The notes below the pieces were generated by a model, which saw only the letters and a list, made by a program, of their open reading frames with translations, had not been told where the DNA came from and did no database searches. Below, in pieces: positions 38,881 through 51,539 of a stretch of DNA of 64,000 nucleotides (positions are counted from its first letter, which is position 1; every line of letters begins with the position of its first letter). The DNA comes from Lingula anatina (lineage: Eukaryota; Animalia; Brachiopoda), in contig CM120641.1 of NCBI GenBank assembly GCA_051362555.1, forward strand, positions 7,130,001-7,194,000. The letters are read 5' to 3'. The translations under genes and the position numbers were made by a program.

Positions 38881-39486
38881 CGAATTGAATAAAACAATGC
38901 ATTATATGAATATAGTGGTCCAATTTTATTAATTACACAAAATGCAATGATGTGTCGACATAATAGCAATATTTTCTAACTAGTAGCTCATACCATAAAA
39001 TGATGTATTTGCAGGGGAAAATTTTGTCGAAAACTTATCATACGTCTATAAAGTTCTAATTGTGCTTATAAAAACTACCTGTTTCTAATATCTTAGCACA
39101 AAGGCCCCTAACTAAAATAAATTTCATTTCTGTTCTATTGCCACAGTCCAGTCATGGATGCATTCATGTACCAGATATTGAGCACTCGGGTTGTTTACTT
39201 TTTTGTGATACAAATACATTCAAAACGACGCTGAACGTTTGTCTCTAAGTTAAAACAAACCTTCTCAAACGAGTTCATACAAAAATCTAAGCGACGCTGA
39301 ATATTTACTGCAAAGACATTTTTCTTTTAATTAGCATATTCTAAAATTAAACTGCAATGTCAAATTCCTAAGTCACAATTAAAAACATATCCTTCAAGAT
39401 GCAGTGAGATATAGCACGTTAAACTTAATATGCGAAAACTTCAAGCTTGAATCCAAAGATCCCCAATTTCATAACACAAAAAGCCA

Positions 39487-40155
39487 CTATTCAGTATCCT
39501 TCAGCACCCGGTAGGAATACATAAAACAGTCGTAGGGTACACGATAAGCAGTACGAGGGTTTGCTAAAAGCTCCACCTTTTTCTCACATTCTAACTGTGG
39601 CAGTTTCTGTTTGAAATCATATTCGTTATCAGGATCTTCGGCGACGTCGACGCGCAGTGTGAAGATGATAACTCCATTGTGCCTGGTGATCCTGATCAGC
39701 TCATCTAACGAAGCGGCTCGTGTATGGGTAATGGCGCCAATGATTAACACTGCATCATACTGGTTGGAAGGCAGTTGAATTGGAGTCGGTCCTCCGAGAG
39801 TATCCACGTACATATTTTTATAAATGCCTTTCTTCTCAGCAATTGCAAGCATCTCTGGAGAGATATCAAGTGCATCCAAGTTGTTATATCCAAGTTGTTG
39901 GAGACATTCTCCAACCAACCCGGTACCTGCGCCTGCGTCTAATATGCGTGCATCCTTGTTTTTAACCCATTTTGCAAGTGTTTCGGCCGCTATCTTGTGT
40001 CCCGCATATCCCAGGTTATCCAAGTATTCTCTGTCATACTCATTAGCCCAGTCTGCATAGAACTTACGGATTTCTTGGTGAGAACTTCTTGAACCAAGTC
40101 CAGATGAATCCCAGGAATGGTCCCATTTAGATTTTTGCGACTGATTTTGCGACAT
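39487..40155 (-). CDS. METTL27/WBSCR27-like methyltransferase, copy 7 (type B, more diverged)
   Basis: Intact ORF MSQNQ...KDTE with a handful of substitutions relative to copies 3 and 5. Confidence 0.85.
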   Translation of the reverse strand: MSQNQSQKSKWDHSWDSSGLGSRSSHQEIRKFYADWANEYDREYLDNLGYAGHKIAAETLAKWVKNKDARILDAGAGTGLVGECLQQLGYNNLDALDISPEMLAIAEKKGIYKNMYVDTLGGPTPIQLPSNQYDAVLIIGAITHTRAASLDELIRITRHNGVIIFTLRVDVAEDPDNEYDFKQKLPQLECEKKVELLANPRTAYRVPYDCFMYSYRVLKDTE

Positions 40156-42674
40156 TTTCCTGAAAGAAAACAAACAGTTTCACTTAAGTACATGTTTACA
40201 ACAATTTCCATTTGGGGGGCGGGGTAGTGATCACAGCTCACGGAAAATAAAATAATCAATTCACAAATCACAGCAAATAAAACTTCATATCTCACGAGTC
40301 GAAAATCCTGAAAATCACGAATCCCCGGATTAATGACTTCGTTTCACAAAGGGCTAAGAATTAAAAAGAAAAGGCCGCATGCACGAGTCACGGGAAGTGG
40401 GTGCTTCACGGAACACACTAAAAAATATTAACGTTTCACGCATCTCGGGAAATAAAAAGTGTTTTTCACAGGTATGCCCAATGGGACCCTCTCATAACGA
40501 AATTACGGTCACACTTGTCTTATTTTTTACCATTTAATCTGCCCGAAGCATTTTTCTCGACCTAGGTGGCTAAGGGTCTGAGAAAAATGCTTGGGGCAGC
40601 TGTTGAATGCCTACAATATACATGTACATGCAAGCAGGTTATTTGTACTGCCTGTGGTGCTAATCTCATTACTGACTGAAGGAAAAGTAAGACACTTCTG
40701 ATGTACTGTCAGAAAACTAGAAGGGAAAAGGTTAACGCATTATAAAGAGCCCAAATAATGTTTCTTTTTTTTTTTTAATTTTTTGAAAATACAGGATGGA
40801 ACCATCAATCTGATAGATCTGAATAAACCTAATAAACCCATGTTCTCGACTCTTACCGTGTCCCTTTCCAGAATCCTCCAGATGTGTGCGTTTTTTTTTT
40901 TTTTTTTTTTTTTGTTTCAGTTATATCTCACGGGGAAAATGGTAAGATTATTACTTTGATAGTATTTTATCTGTACCATTTGAAAGTTCCAAATGTTTTT
41001 TAAAAATCATTTGGAACTTTCAAATGGTAAAATTATTACTTTGATAGTGTTTTATCTGTACCATTTGAAAGTTCCAAATGATTTTAAAAAAACATTTATC
41101 CACTCCATGTCGAACTTCTTGTAACATTGACGGTAATCTACGACGGACGTCTACAGTTGCCTATCCTCTTGCGTAATTGAAAAAAAAATCTCACATTATG
41201 TTTAAAGTATCCTTATCTGCCTACTGGCTAATCTCCCCATACGCCTTCTTCCAGATAAAGACTGTTTTTCCAGTTTTCAGACATAAAAATACATTATTCA
41301 CCCAGTTTCCATCAAGCCTTACGACATTTTACAAATGTTTTTTCTTCCAAGTTATTTCAGATATCAGCTTACACTCGAAGGATATAATACCTATTGTTCG
41401 GTTTCTTAATTTCGACCGTGACTAGGTCATGTGATCTTACACGATCTTATACCGGTATTTGTATTCTATGTCACATCTACCACAGCCTTGGTTTTAATTC
41501 AGTCTCTATGTCTTCCCTTTTCCACCCTTAGTCCTAAACTCTGCATTTTATCAGTTAATAGTTCTCACTGTAAATATGTTAGATTATGCTCACTTCCTAA
41601 AAATAGTAGAATTTTCAACCTTAAAAATAAGAATGAAATAAAACAAAATATTTTTACAGCAAAGCATTTGAAATACAGTATTTCACAAAAGAAATAATGA
41701 TAGACATTGTAATTAAACAGTTGAATAGCTTACCTTTGGATCGGGAGCCCAGCACACGAGTGTTACTGCCAATAGGCTTTCTCCTAGCTCCACAAAAGAA
41801 CAATTTATGATCAAATAATTAACCTGTAAAGTTTTCTGACAACCTTTTTTCTTTAAACAACAAGGCAGTTAAATGCAAGTAAGCATTTCTTTATGAGTGA
41901 ACGTTTTGCAATGTGTACACTTTTCCCTTGAGTGATATATAGCGTAAAACCTGTTTAACTGCTTTTCTACGAAATAAATCAGAGTTATGGGTTGCACATT
42001 TTTGTTCAAACCACAAGCAAGTTTAATACTCGCCTTCCAGTGACCAAAATCAAAGGGCATGACCACCAATTTACATTAACCCCGTCTCACACATATGCAT
42101 CTACCGTTCCAAACAAAAATCTGTCCATGCATCTCTCTTATTTAATTTGGGCATGGAAAGATACCACGGCCTAAAGTAGACCAGAGGTAAAACGGGAAGT
42201 CTCATTTCGATGTTCATTTGGATTGAAATCCATAAATTAATATTACACGTTTTTAATCGAGTGAAGATGCTAAAAATAAAATTTAAAAGTAAAGACTCAG
42301 TCTTAGCATTGCTGAACAAAATGTTTTCTTTATTTTTACCAACAGTCACTTTTTACAAAACACGCCTTTCTTTTCGTTTTGCTTTTTCTTTTAAATACAT
42401 GTTCTATCCATCTGTGAGAATCATAATGAGGAAATTTACCTCCAGTCATTTTATCAATATTGTTCTGTCTGCACAAATATCAATTATATCAATCAATGTT
42501 TTATTTCATACCATCAATGCACTGTTTTGTTTGGGAGGGTGTTCTTTAGATAAAATTCAATGTCTACTAGTTTAGTTCTATGTCTTTCTAAGATCTGCAA
42601 CTCCATTTTTCTGCTTGATTTTACATTTTGCAAACTTGGCTAGAGCATGTATGGTTTGTGGCTACTTCATAGGC

Positions 42675-44994
42675 TTAGGCGATTCTCAGACCAGCAATAG
42701 CAGACTCCAAAGACTGAAAATCAATCAAACAAGAAATCAATTAATTAATTTATCAAATGGAGGTAAACCAAACATTTTAAATGAGCATTTGATATTAAAA
42801 ACAACACCCAAGAGCAAAGTAATTTTCTGACGTGTTTTCCATAACAAAAAGCATTATGTTATAAACCCAGGAATTGCAGTAATAATACTTTATCAATCAG
42901 TCCATTTTAACCCCATTTGAATTTCAACTGTTCCAGAAAAAGATGTATTATAGTTTTGTCAAACAATTTAAAATGCATACTGTTAAATATATAACCAAAC
43001 TTTTTATAAAGACTGGTTACAGTAATTTTTTTTTTTGTATTTTATATAACTCCTTTCAACATATTTACCTTGAAGTCCCAGACAACAATCTGCCCATCAA
43101 CCCCAGAAGAAGCAAACTTGGTCACCTGTTCTCTGGAACCACTGTACACTGATAGTTGGCTGAAATGACCACACCACAATGTAAAAATATACACATTTAA
43201 AATGTTTATTTCTCTCAATAAATTGCTACTATGGCTGGGTAAAACAAACCAACGATGCCAATTTAAATGTATGTTCAGGTCATTTTATTGTGCAAGACCC
43301 GAGTATGCAGCAGTTTTAGTTGGTTAATATTCAAAGGCATTTTTGGCAAACAGACACAAAACAGTTACTTCACAAATGCAAATTAAAGGAACAAAATGTC
43401 TGTTTAAAAAACAACATACCATTAGTTCTTCACAATATACTTACGTGATGGAATTCTGATGTTTGGTCTTGAGATCAGAGCTGGCATCATCCGTAGTTGC
43501 CTTTTTATCAAGGGTCTGGAAACGCTTCATGGCACTAAAGGGGAGATAATGCAATAAGTAAGTCTTGATACACTGAGTCTTGATTTCGTATTACATGACA
43601 GTGCATTTTCTCTCCATACAATTTACCACAGATATCTGACATTGTTATTTTATTAAAATATGCATATATGCACAGGCAATGTACCTGATGGTTCCTCCTT
43701 CCTTCTCTTGTGGAATGTCCAGTTTAGAAACAAAAGCCAGTTTCCCCTGGTCATCAGTAGAGTACAGCACTGGGCAGCAGTCATGTCCAGCTACCACTAT
43801 ACTGTTCTCAGTGGCCCAGATCAGTGACAGGAATGGTAGGAAAGTGGTCTTCACATTGGTCACACTGAAATATTCAATTGTGGTAAAAAAATTATCATAA
43901 ATGCACTGTAACACAAGAAGGCAGGGTTAACACTGATATTGGAGACCCTGCAGGCCCGTAGCCAGCAATTTTAAAAGGGGGGTTCTTTTTCTGAAAAAGT
44001 GGACCTTTTTCCATAAAAACTTCATGAACCTAGATCAAATGTTACCCAGAGTGGACCTTTTCCCAGCAAAAGGGGCGGTTCTTTCGAACCCCCCCGAACC
44101 CCCCGTTTACGGGCCTGCCCTGACAGTGAGGTAAAGAAGAAGGGGACCAGCTTTCATTAGACTGTGTGTGGGTTAATGTTCATGGTATACATGACACATT
44201 TTTAACTTTTACTCTTCTCAATGGCCACTGGGGTATTTTAGAAAATTAATGAAAATTACTTGGCTTCTATGAAATAATTTGTGCCTAAAGTACTTACACA
44301 TCCTTGTTATGCACACTGACCACAGACACACTGGAGTCATGCCCCACCCAGGCCAGCTTATCTCCACTGGGAGAGAAGCCAACAGAATGCACCCAGCCAC
44401 CTGAAACCGGAGTTGAACTTTTGATAATCTTGGTCATGAGAAAACATGCATATGTGTAGAAATTACTGAAAACAAGTTGGTGCTAAATAGCAATCTAAAT
44501 CTAATTGAACTTCACTTGCAGAATAATGCAGGTTACTTACACTTGCAGAATAATGCAGCCTACTAACAAGTCAGTGGTAGAAAAAGAGCACATGGGAAAC
44601 AACTAGTAAGTTCTGTACATTGACATTACTGTCCAAAAGATTCAGAAGAATGGCATCAGCAACAATTTTCACCTCCACCACCAGGTGCATTTGAGAACTC
44701 CACCATGAGGTTGCCCAGGGGCATCTTCTTTCCCCAGGGGGTCTCCTGAGGTTTGGCCTCGCACTCCTTAATCCAGCCAGAAAACACCCTGTAATGTACA
44801 TTTCCATAAGCATATATAAAAATACTTATTCATTGTGGCACAGCTGGCTTCGTTTTGTTTAAACAAAATTTACAATTTCATTGTGTGTACACAGTATAAC
44901 TGTGATATTTATCCTCGGGTTGGATTGTCAGTAGCAGTAACAAACCTCTCTCTCTCTAAGAGCCAGCCCCTGCATCCCCCCCTTTCTCTTCTCT

Positions 44995-45032
<38 letters not shown>

Positions 45033-46863
45033 TCCAACATGCTACATAACTAGGAAATTTTGGACCTGGAAAACGTTCCAATTACACAAAGATTTGAGTA
45101 CTGCAGTGTTCAGCAATGTGAAGAGAAGATGGTTATCACCACCTACCTTGCCTTGAAGTCAGTAGACCCAGCGGCTAACAAGATGTTATTTGGATGCCAG
45201 TCCAGGCTGAAATACAAAATTCAATTATATTAATAAGATGCCAGTCTAGATTGTAATGAGTTTTACATCCATTTTAATGAAGAAAATTTATGTCCAACAT
45301 TTGCATGCTAGAGTTGTTTTCAATTATCAAATACCAGTTATCAATGTGAAAAAGGTAACCTTATCAAATAACAGATCAGCATCTCTATTTAAAACTGTTA
45401 AGAGCATTCCTTTACCACAAACAAAAAGAAAAATAAAATAAACTTATGCAATTGTAGGCCTGTAATTGCATGTACTGGTTTAGTTTTAGCTGCACACAGA
45501 TAACACCCATATATTTCTGTGTCCATACCTAGTGACTGTTGACCTAATGGGCTTCTTGATGTGCTTGCTCACCCACCAGTCATTCTCCTTCTCAAAGTAA
45601 CAGACAGAGATCACACGTGCCCCACTTCCCACAGCAAACTTGTTCTCTGAAAGAAAAGATTTTGTATCAGCTTTGAATAACTTGAAAATTTTGTCTAACA
45701 GTCCTTGTGTATCCTTTTTTCCTCCTTTTTAATGACAATATGATTAAATCAACAAATGAATGTGATGGGCATCTTTAAGATAAATTCAGGTAATTGATTT
45801 ATGTTGAATTCTCACCTTGAGGTGACCAACGCACACAGGTTGCTGCTCTGTTGATCCTCAAGATGACAAGAGTTGGCTTCCATTTCCCATCAGTGAAAGT
45901 CCATACATAGGCATTACGATCCTGGAAGCATTGTTCACTTAGTTAAAGGACTTTCAAATAGATATCCCAAATCATCAGTAAAAAATTAAAATGCTCACCT
46001 GAAAGATCTGAAATAACTGTACAAAATATTTTATCAATGCTTTTCACCATCAACATTTAGTAATTTTACCCCATCAAAAATTCTAGAAAGAAACAATATA
46101 TCTAGTGAGCCTCTTAACTACATGTTTTTGTCTATATTAGATGCTGACAAAAAGATAAACCTAAAAAATATTTTTAAAGCATCCAAAATCATTCACTACA
46201 TCACATTTGAAAGTGCAGTCAAATTCAACACACCTTACCAAAAACATTATCAAAATGCAAAAATGGCAAATCCGAATCATGTCACATCTAAAACACTTAC
46301 CACACCACAGCTCACAATCCTGTTGCTCTCAGGGGCCCAGTCCAGACTGGTCACCCTCTGCCCATGCCCCTCCAATACATGCATCTTCTCCCAGCGCCCA
46401 GACACCTGCTTGTAGATATGAACTTCTGCATTGTTGGGGGAAATGGCCACCTCTGTAAAAATAAAAAAGGCCAGACAGTGTAAAGTGAGCACTTGACTAA
46501 AGAGTTAATAAATTGTTGGCAAGTGTGTGTCTGCATGTACATGGGTGAAGATGAAGAGAAAGAGTGGTGGTGGGATCAGCATTGAAATTAGCCTTAAGAA
46601 AATATTTTCAAACAAACTTTCAAGAATTACAATGGTTGTTTTTTTATAAAAACAGCACAGCTGTCAAAAAGACAGGCCTATAAATGAACAAACTGATACA
46701 AGCAATGACATTTTAAGAGGCGAAGCTGAAAGGAAGTTCCCTGCGCGGAAAATTTAATCTTTTACAACAAAATAATGCTGATGAAAAGACACTTACCATT
46801 TCGAGCCTTGTTAAAGGCATGGCAACCAATTGGCACAATGCCAAAGCTGTAAGGAGTAGCCAT
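42675..46863 (-). CDS. ARPC1: Actin-related protein 2/3 complex subunit 1 (p41-Arc), 11 coding exons
   Basis: Exons 46863-46797, 46452-46301, 45921-45816, 45646-45529, 45206-45147, 44788-44673, 44400-44298, 43864-43685, 43534-43445, 43159-43069, 42713-42675, all GT-AG and in frame. Peptides [73 protein letters not shown]. Confidence 0.95.
43951..44117. mobile_element. hAT-like MITE in an ARPC1 intron
   Basis: Perfect 10-bp TIR CAGGCCCGTA...TACGGGCCTG flanked by the 5-bp direct repeat CCCTG. Confidence 0.85.
44995..45032. repeat. Compound (CT)n(CA)n microsatellite
   Basis: Read directly from the sequence. Confidence 0.9.
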
Positions 46864-47710
46864 TCCAAGTTTCTAACTGCTGAAACTATAAATAACAAGC
46901 CAAATCAATAATCAAAGATATTTGAATATCTGATAAACTTTTCTCCTTTTTTGATTGCATGATCCCCTCTTCTTCTTGCTACCCTGAAAAAAATTTGCAA
47001 TTTGACGTGACTTACCCATAAAAAATAAAAGGTTGTTTATGTTGTAATACGCAAAGGCACACTATGATATTATTTTCTTTATATAGAAAACTTAAAATTT
47101 CCACGAAACTTTTGTAGATTTCCCTTAATCACCACGATCCATATCCAAATTCATTAATAAATCATTATCCATATACTTGTTTTTGAATTTATATTAGTTT
47201 CTAGTTTTTGAGTCAGTCTCAAAATGGAAACAGAGATTGGCAGACTTTAAAGTAAAAAAATTGGACCTAAGTATCTGCCCATATATTTTAATTTTTCACC
47301 TTTATGGATGGGGTATATCTTGATGATTTGGGGAAAACTGCTCAACTTTCTATAGAAAATTTATTAATTTAATTTTTTTAAGTCATTCACCATAATTTTT
47401 ACTTTTATCATTACTGTCTGGTAGCTACATAAAGGTCTAGTATACCTTCAGAATGAAACAATTAAATTCACAAGAGTTGATTTCTAAAATGAACGATAAA
47501 TGTTTGACCAACATCAAAAAGGCTAATTTGACGTTGTGTCTTTCAATTTTCGCTACAATTATGAATGATGCATAGTCGGTTTGTCATGCGGAAGTAAACT
47601 TGACAACTTGAAATGTGAAGGGCGTTTATAAATTTTCTAAAGTTTAGAATTCTGAGCGCCTGCAAACAAAGTTCGTATGTGAAAACAAAGTATCAAGACC
47701 AAAGTATTAC

Positions 47711-48144
47711 CTGTATACCTGCGGTTTGGTATATTCGCGGACTCTGGTCAGTCTACACGAATATCTAGCTTGAGAAATTCTAAATTTTCGCCGCCCTGAG
47801 TCAACGGAAGTACGCTGCGTAGTAGTAAAGGTAGGCTCGAAAAAAATTTGACATTATTTAGTATTTGTCAACCAATACTATGATTTCTTTCAATTTTGAG
47901 TTACTTTTTGTCTTAAAAATTGAAATAAAATTAATTTATGGAACTTATATTTTGATATCGTCTTCATTTTGAATGTAATGAAAAATTAATTGGGTTTGTA
48001 GAAGACACAGATTTTAAACTACCCAGCATGCAGTTTTACTTCCTACTTCCCGGTTTGAGCAGTCGACACGTTCTCTCTGGTCATTGGTGATTTCTGCGAT
48101 ACAAAACGCGGCAGGGGGATTCTTCATCGCGGTTCAATGACACC
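47711..48144. promoter_or_regulatory. Bidirectional promoter of ARPC1 and CNPY3/4
   Basis: Divergent genes, with a probable ARPC1 non-coding exon donor at ~47710. ETS-type CGGAAGT near 47805 and ZNF143/Staf-like TACCCAGCATGC at 48020-48031. Confidence 0.6.
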
Positions 48145-51100
48145 ATGACGTTCACAGGGACTGTAGTGTGTCTCTTTGCGGTAATATTAGCAGTTTCAGG
48201 TGTGGAGCTAGAAGGAATCGAAGATGAGCATGGTGTCAGAATACCAACAAAATGTGAAGGTAAAAAACTAAAATACCTGGATTGTCAATGTAATATTGTT
48301 ATTTGCCGTTGTTTTCCTTCTTTTTGATGTGTATGCGTGCTTCTAAAGTTATTCTGTAGGTCGTGTTATTTGACATCCGGAGGTTTTAGGGGTTTGAGTA
48401 AACGACTTTGCAGAGTAGACCCTAAAGATGACCATCCTCACGTGGCAAAACAAAGAGATGTACGTTATTCATGTAAGGTTTGATTTTAAAGGACTTTGCT
48501 AGTCACTCTTGTACATATGTCATTAGTGTGTTGAAAGTATGGTAAATAATTGACCTTGTCATTGGTGTGGTAAAATGCAGACAACATACACATTGCACCT
48601 TGAATTATATACCAAAAGAATTTTCTTCCAGTTTGTAAATATCTAGTAACGGAGCTTCAGCAAAGACTATCAGAGACATCATCAAACGAGGTGTTAAGAA
48701 CAGGTCATGGACTGGACAAAAAACCACTGAAAGAAATCAAATATGATAAGTCGTAAGTTTTGTTTGCATGTCTTTTTTTTTTTTACACCAGAAAATTGTA
48801 AATGAAGAATAGATGAAATGACAAATCCCATTTCTTATAACTAGCCAGAAATGAAATTAGTTTCTTAAAGATGCTTCTGTAGTTTTCAAGATAATACTGT
48901 GAAGTCTGTCAAATCCTGTTTGAAAATACTGTAAGCGATATGCATTGTATTGTAAAATAATTTGGTTGTTTTAGATGAATAAGTTGAATATGCAGTCATG
49001 ATATTGTGCTAAATCAAGCTTTTTTTTTTTTAATTGAGAATTGTACAAAAGAGAGAAAAAAGACTGGCCTGATTCACATATGTATTTTATATGTGGCATT
49101 TTTTTGATAGTATGTTTATCTTCAGGGACCTGCGTCTAATAGAGGCTTTGACAGACCCCCATGTTTGTGATAAGATTTTGGAGTACAATGTGCACAAGGA
49201 GAAGAAAGGCAGCATGAGATATGCCAAAGGGATGAGTGAGACAATGCAGACTCTACATGGTTTGGTGTAAGTAAAAAACTTTACATGGCAAACAATACAG
49301 GGTGCCCTTGACTTATGAAGGACTCCTATTATGTAGCTTGGAAGTTTTTTTTTTCAATAGGAAAATGCAATATGAGATTGATTTTGTGGATTTGCTATAA
49401 TTGTGTTTTCTTGGAAAATCAGTTTTCATCTTTCCTATTTCCTTTTTGGAATTTGGCAAATATATGGTCAGATATATATGTGCAAATATATGTGGGCATA
49501 TTTTCTTAATTTATGAACAATTTACGGGGGGAAATGGTATAGGAAATCACTCTTACTTACATGTATAGATAAAGAAACACATTGGTGTAATCTTGTTAAC
49601 ATGACAGATATGGACAAACCTTCAGTGTATTTTGTATACTCACAATTATATCAATCTCAATAAAATTCCAAATTAGTTATGTATTTATATCTGTCTTCCT
49701 AGGATTTCAGCCTCAGGTGTATGCCAAACTATATATATGAACAAGGATATTTATATCTGTATATGTTTATTGTTTCAGATTTGTCACAAATTATTTTATA
49801 TTTTCAGGGACAAGGGTGTCAAGGTGGAGCTTGGAATGCCATATGAACTTTGGGATAAGCCATCTGCTGAGGTCACAGCCATGCAAAGAAAAGTACATAG
49901 TGTTTACTGATTTGTTTATGAATATCTTCTCAAAATTCTTATCCTTTGAACTTTTTTTAAAATATGTATTCCAGAGTTGTTTCGGGGTTTTTTTTCCTCA
50001 TTTGACTTTTAAATCTAATAGCTTTTAGAGTCTCAAGTAATATTTCTTTTTCAGTGCTACAAAATGGTGGAAGATTATGAAGAGGATATTGAAGACTGGT
50101 ACTACAATAACCAAGAAAAAGACATGATTGAATATTTCTGCAGTAATCTTGTACTGAAAGGAAATGATGACAAAAGTGTGTTATTTATTTTTGGTTTTAC
50201 AATATACCTAAAATTAATTATGTATGATACTTTACAAAATTTAGATATGCTAAAAGATTAAGAGGATTAATTTTGTTTGCATATATTAATTTACTATGTA
50301 CAAAAAAGGCAGACAGACAAGCAATCAAACAAATAAATTGTTATAATGAATTTCTTTTTTTTTTTCTGCTATAAATATATTTAGTTAAAGATGGAGATCT
50401 GAATGATTCCACATGACATATAATGTAAATAGAATGTGTGGTTATTTACATGCAATGGCAAAAATTGGTGCCCCACACTTAGGGTGCATTCCCATAGATT
50501 TTAGATCGATCTATCCCGGTGGGGAGTCTCACTAGATTACTGTCAGATAATATGGCTTAAATGTCCATCCCACCTACTACAAGCTGTAAGGGAGTAATTA
50601 ACTTCCATGCGCGGTCGGCTGACTGCAATTTAGCGTGAACCCCCAGGGAGTTAGGTCGATCTAGTAAGATCAATCTAAATCTTTGGGAATGCCCTCTTAT
50701 TCACTATGACATGAATTTTAATTTTGCCAAATTGCTGAAAGATTTTAGCAAAATCAAAGTTTATTGGCATAATAATGGTAAACTTTCAATATTTTAGAAT
50801 ATCTTTCTTTATCTGATCAACTTAGTCATCTATGTAGCATTTGGAGAAAATTTAGTAGGCTACGTGAGCCCAGTCATCTGTATCAAACCACTTCTTGATA
50901 ATGTAAACAATGTGGATAATTAACTATTTCAGCATGTCTCACAGAGAAGGAGGAACCTGAGGAGGATAAGAAGGGAGAGGATGGGGATGTAAAAGAGAAA
51001 AAGAAAAATAAGAAAAAGAAAAAAGGTGAATGTTGAACTATTTTAAAATGCAATTATTTACTTAATTTGTGTAAAGATTCATTCTTTGCTGCTTAATTGC

Positions 51101-51539
51101 AAATGTGTCAAGTTGATCAGTATAATGACAATTTGTTGCTAACCATAAGTCATGTTCAGTTATGCTTTTGCATCAAAATCATTATATTTTTGTTACGCAA
51201 TATTTAGATTTATTGATGCACTATAGGTAAAAAGAAGAAGAAAAATAAAGGGAAAGGAAAAGATGAAACTGAAACTCAAGGTGAGCTTTCTAATTAATTG
51301 TTTTATACGTATTAACATCTTGACTAGAAAATAATAGCAGATTAATGTTCACTACTTGGTTCTTATTTAATAGATCTGAGAGGTTCAGTAAGTTTATTTG
51401 TCATATGTTGTATCAGTATGTAAATTACTAAGGTATCACAGTTAAGATATAAGCATAAGATAAAACAATTTTTTCAGGCTTGGGCAAAAAGAAAGTGAAA
51501 GAGGACACAAAAACGGAAAAGCAAAGAGATGAATTATGA
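48145..51539 (+). CDS. CNPY3/4: Canopy 3/4-like (PRAT4) ER saposin-like co-chaperone, 8 exons
   Basis: Exons 48145-48259, 48632-48752, 49126-49266, 49808-49892, 50055-50175, 50933-51025, 51227-51280, 51478-51539. Signal peptide, [56 protein letters not shown], Lys-rich tail and C-terminal RDEL retrieval signal. Confidence 0.92.
50482..50696. mobile_element. Harbinger-type MITE in CNPY intron 5
   Basis: TTA|GGGTGCATTCCCATAGATTT...AAATCTTTGGGAATGCCCTC|TTA. Confidence 0.75.

Larger units (their letters stand above)
19571..41487. repeat. Tandem segmental triplication, unit ~7.2-7.4 kb
   Basis: Homologous anchors: GAATATTTGTGATATTTTTGAAAGC at ~19571/28540/36765; type-B stops at 24989/32294/39487; CCACAGCC ending at ~26824/34449/41487. 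Confidence 0.93.

Noticed and set aside
44513-44558. Direct repeat CACTTGCAGAATAATGCAG x2
   Set aside because: A simple 27-bp-period intronic duplication, not an array or CRISPR.
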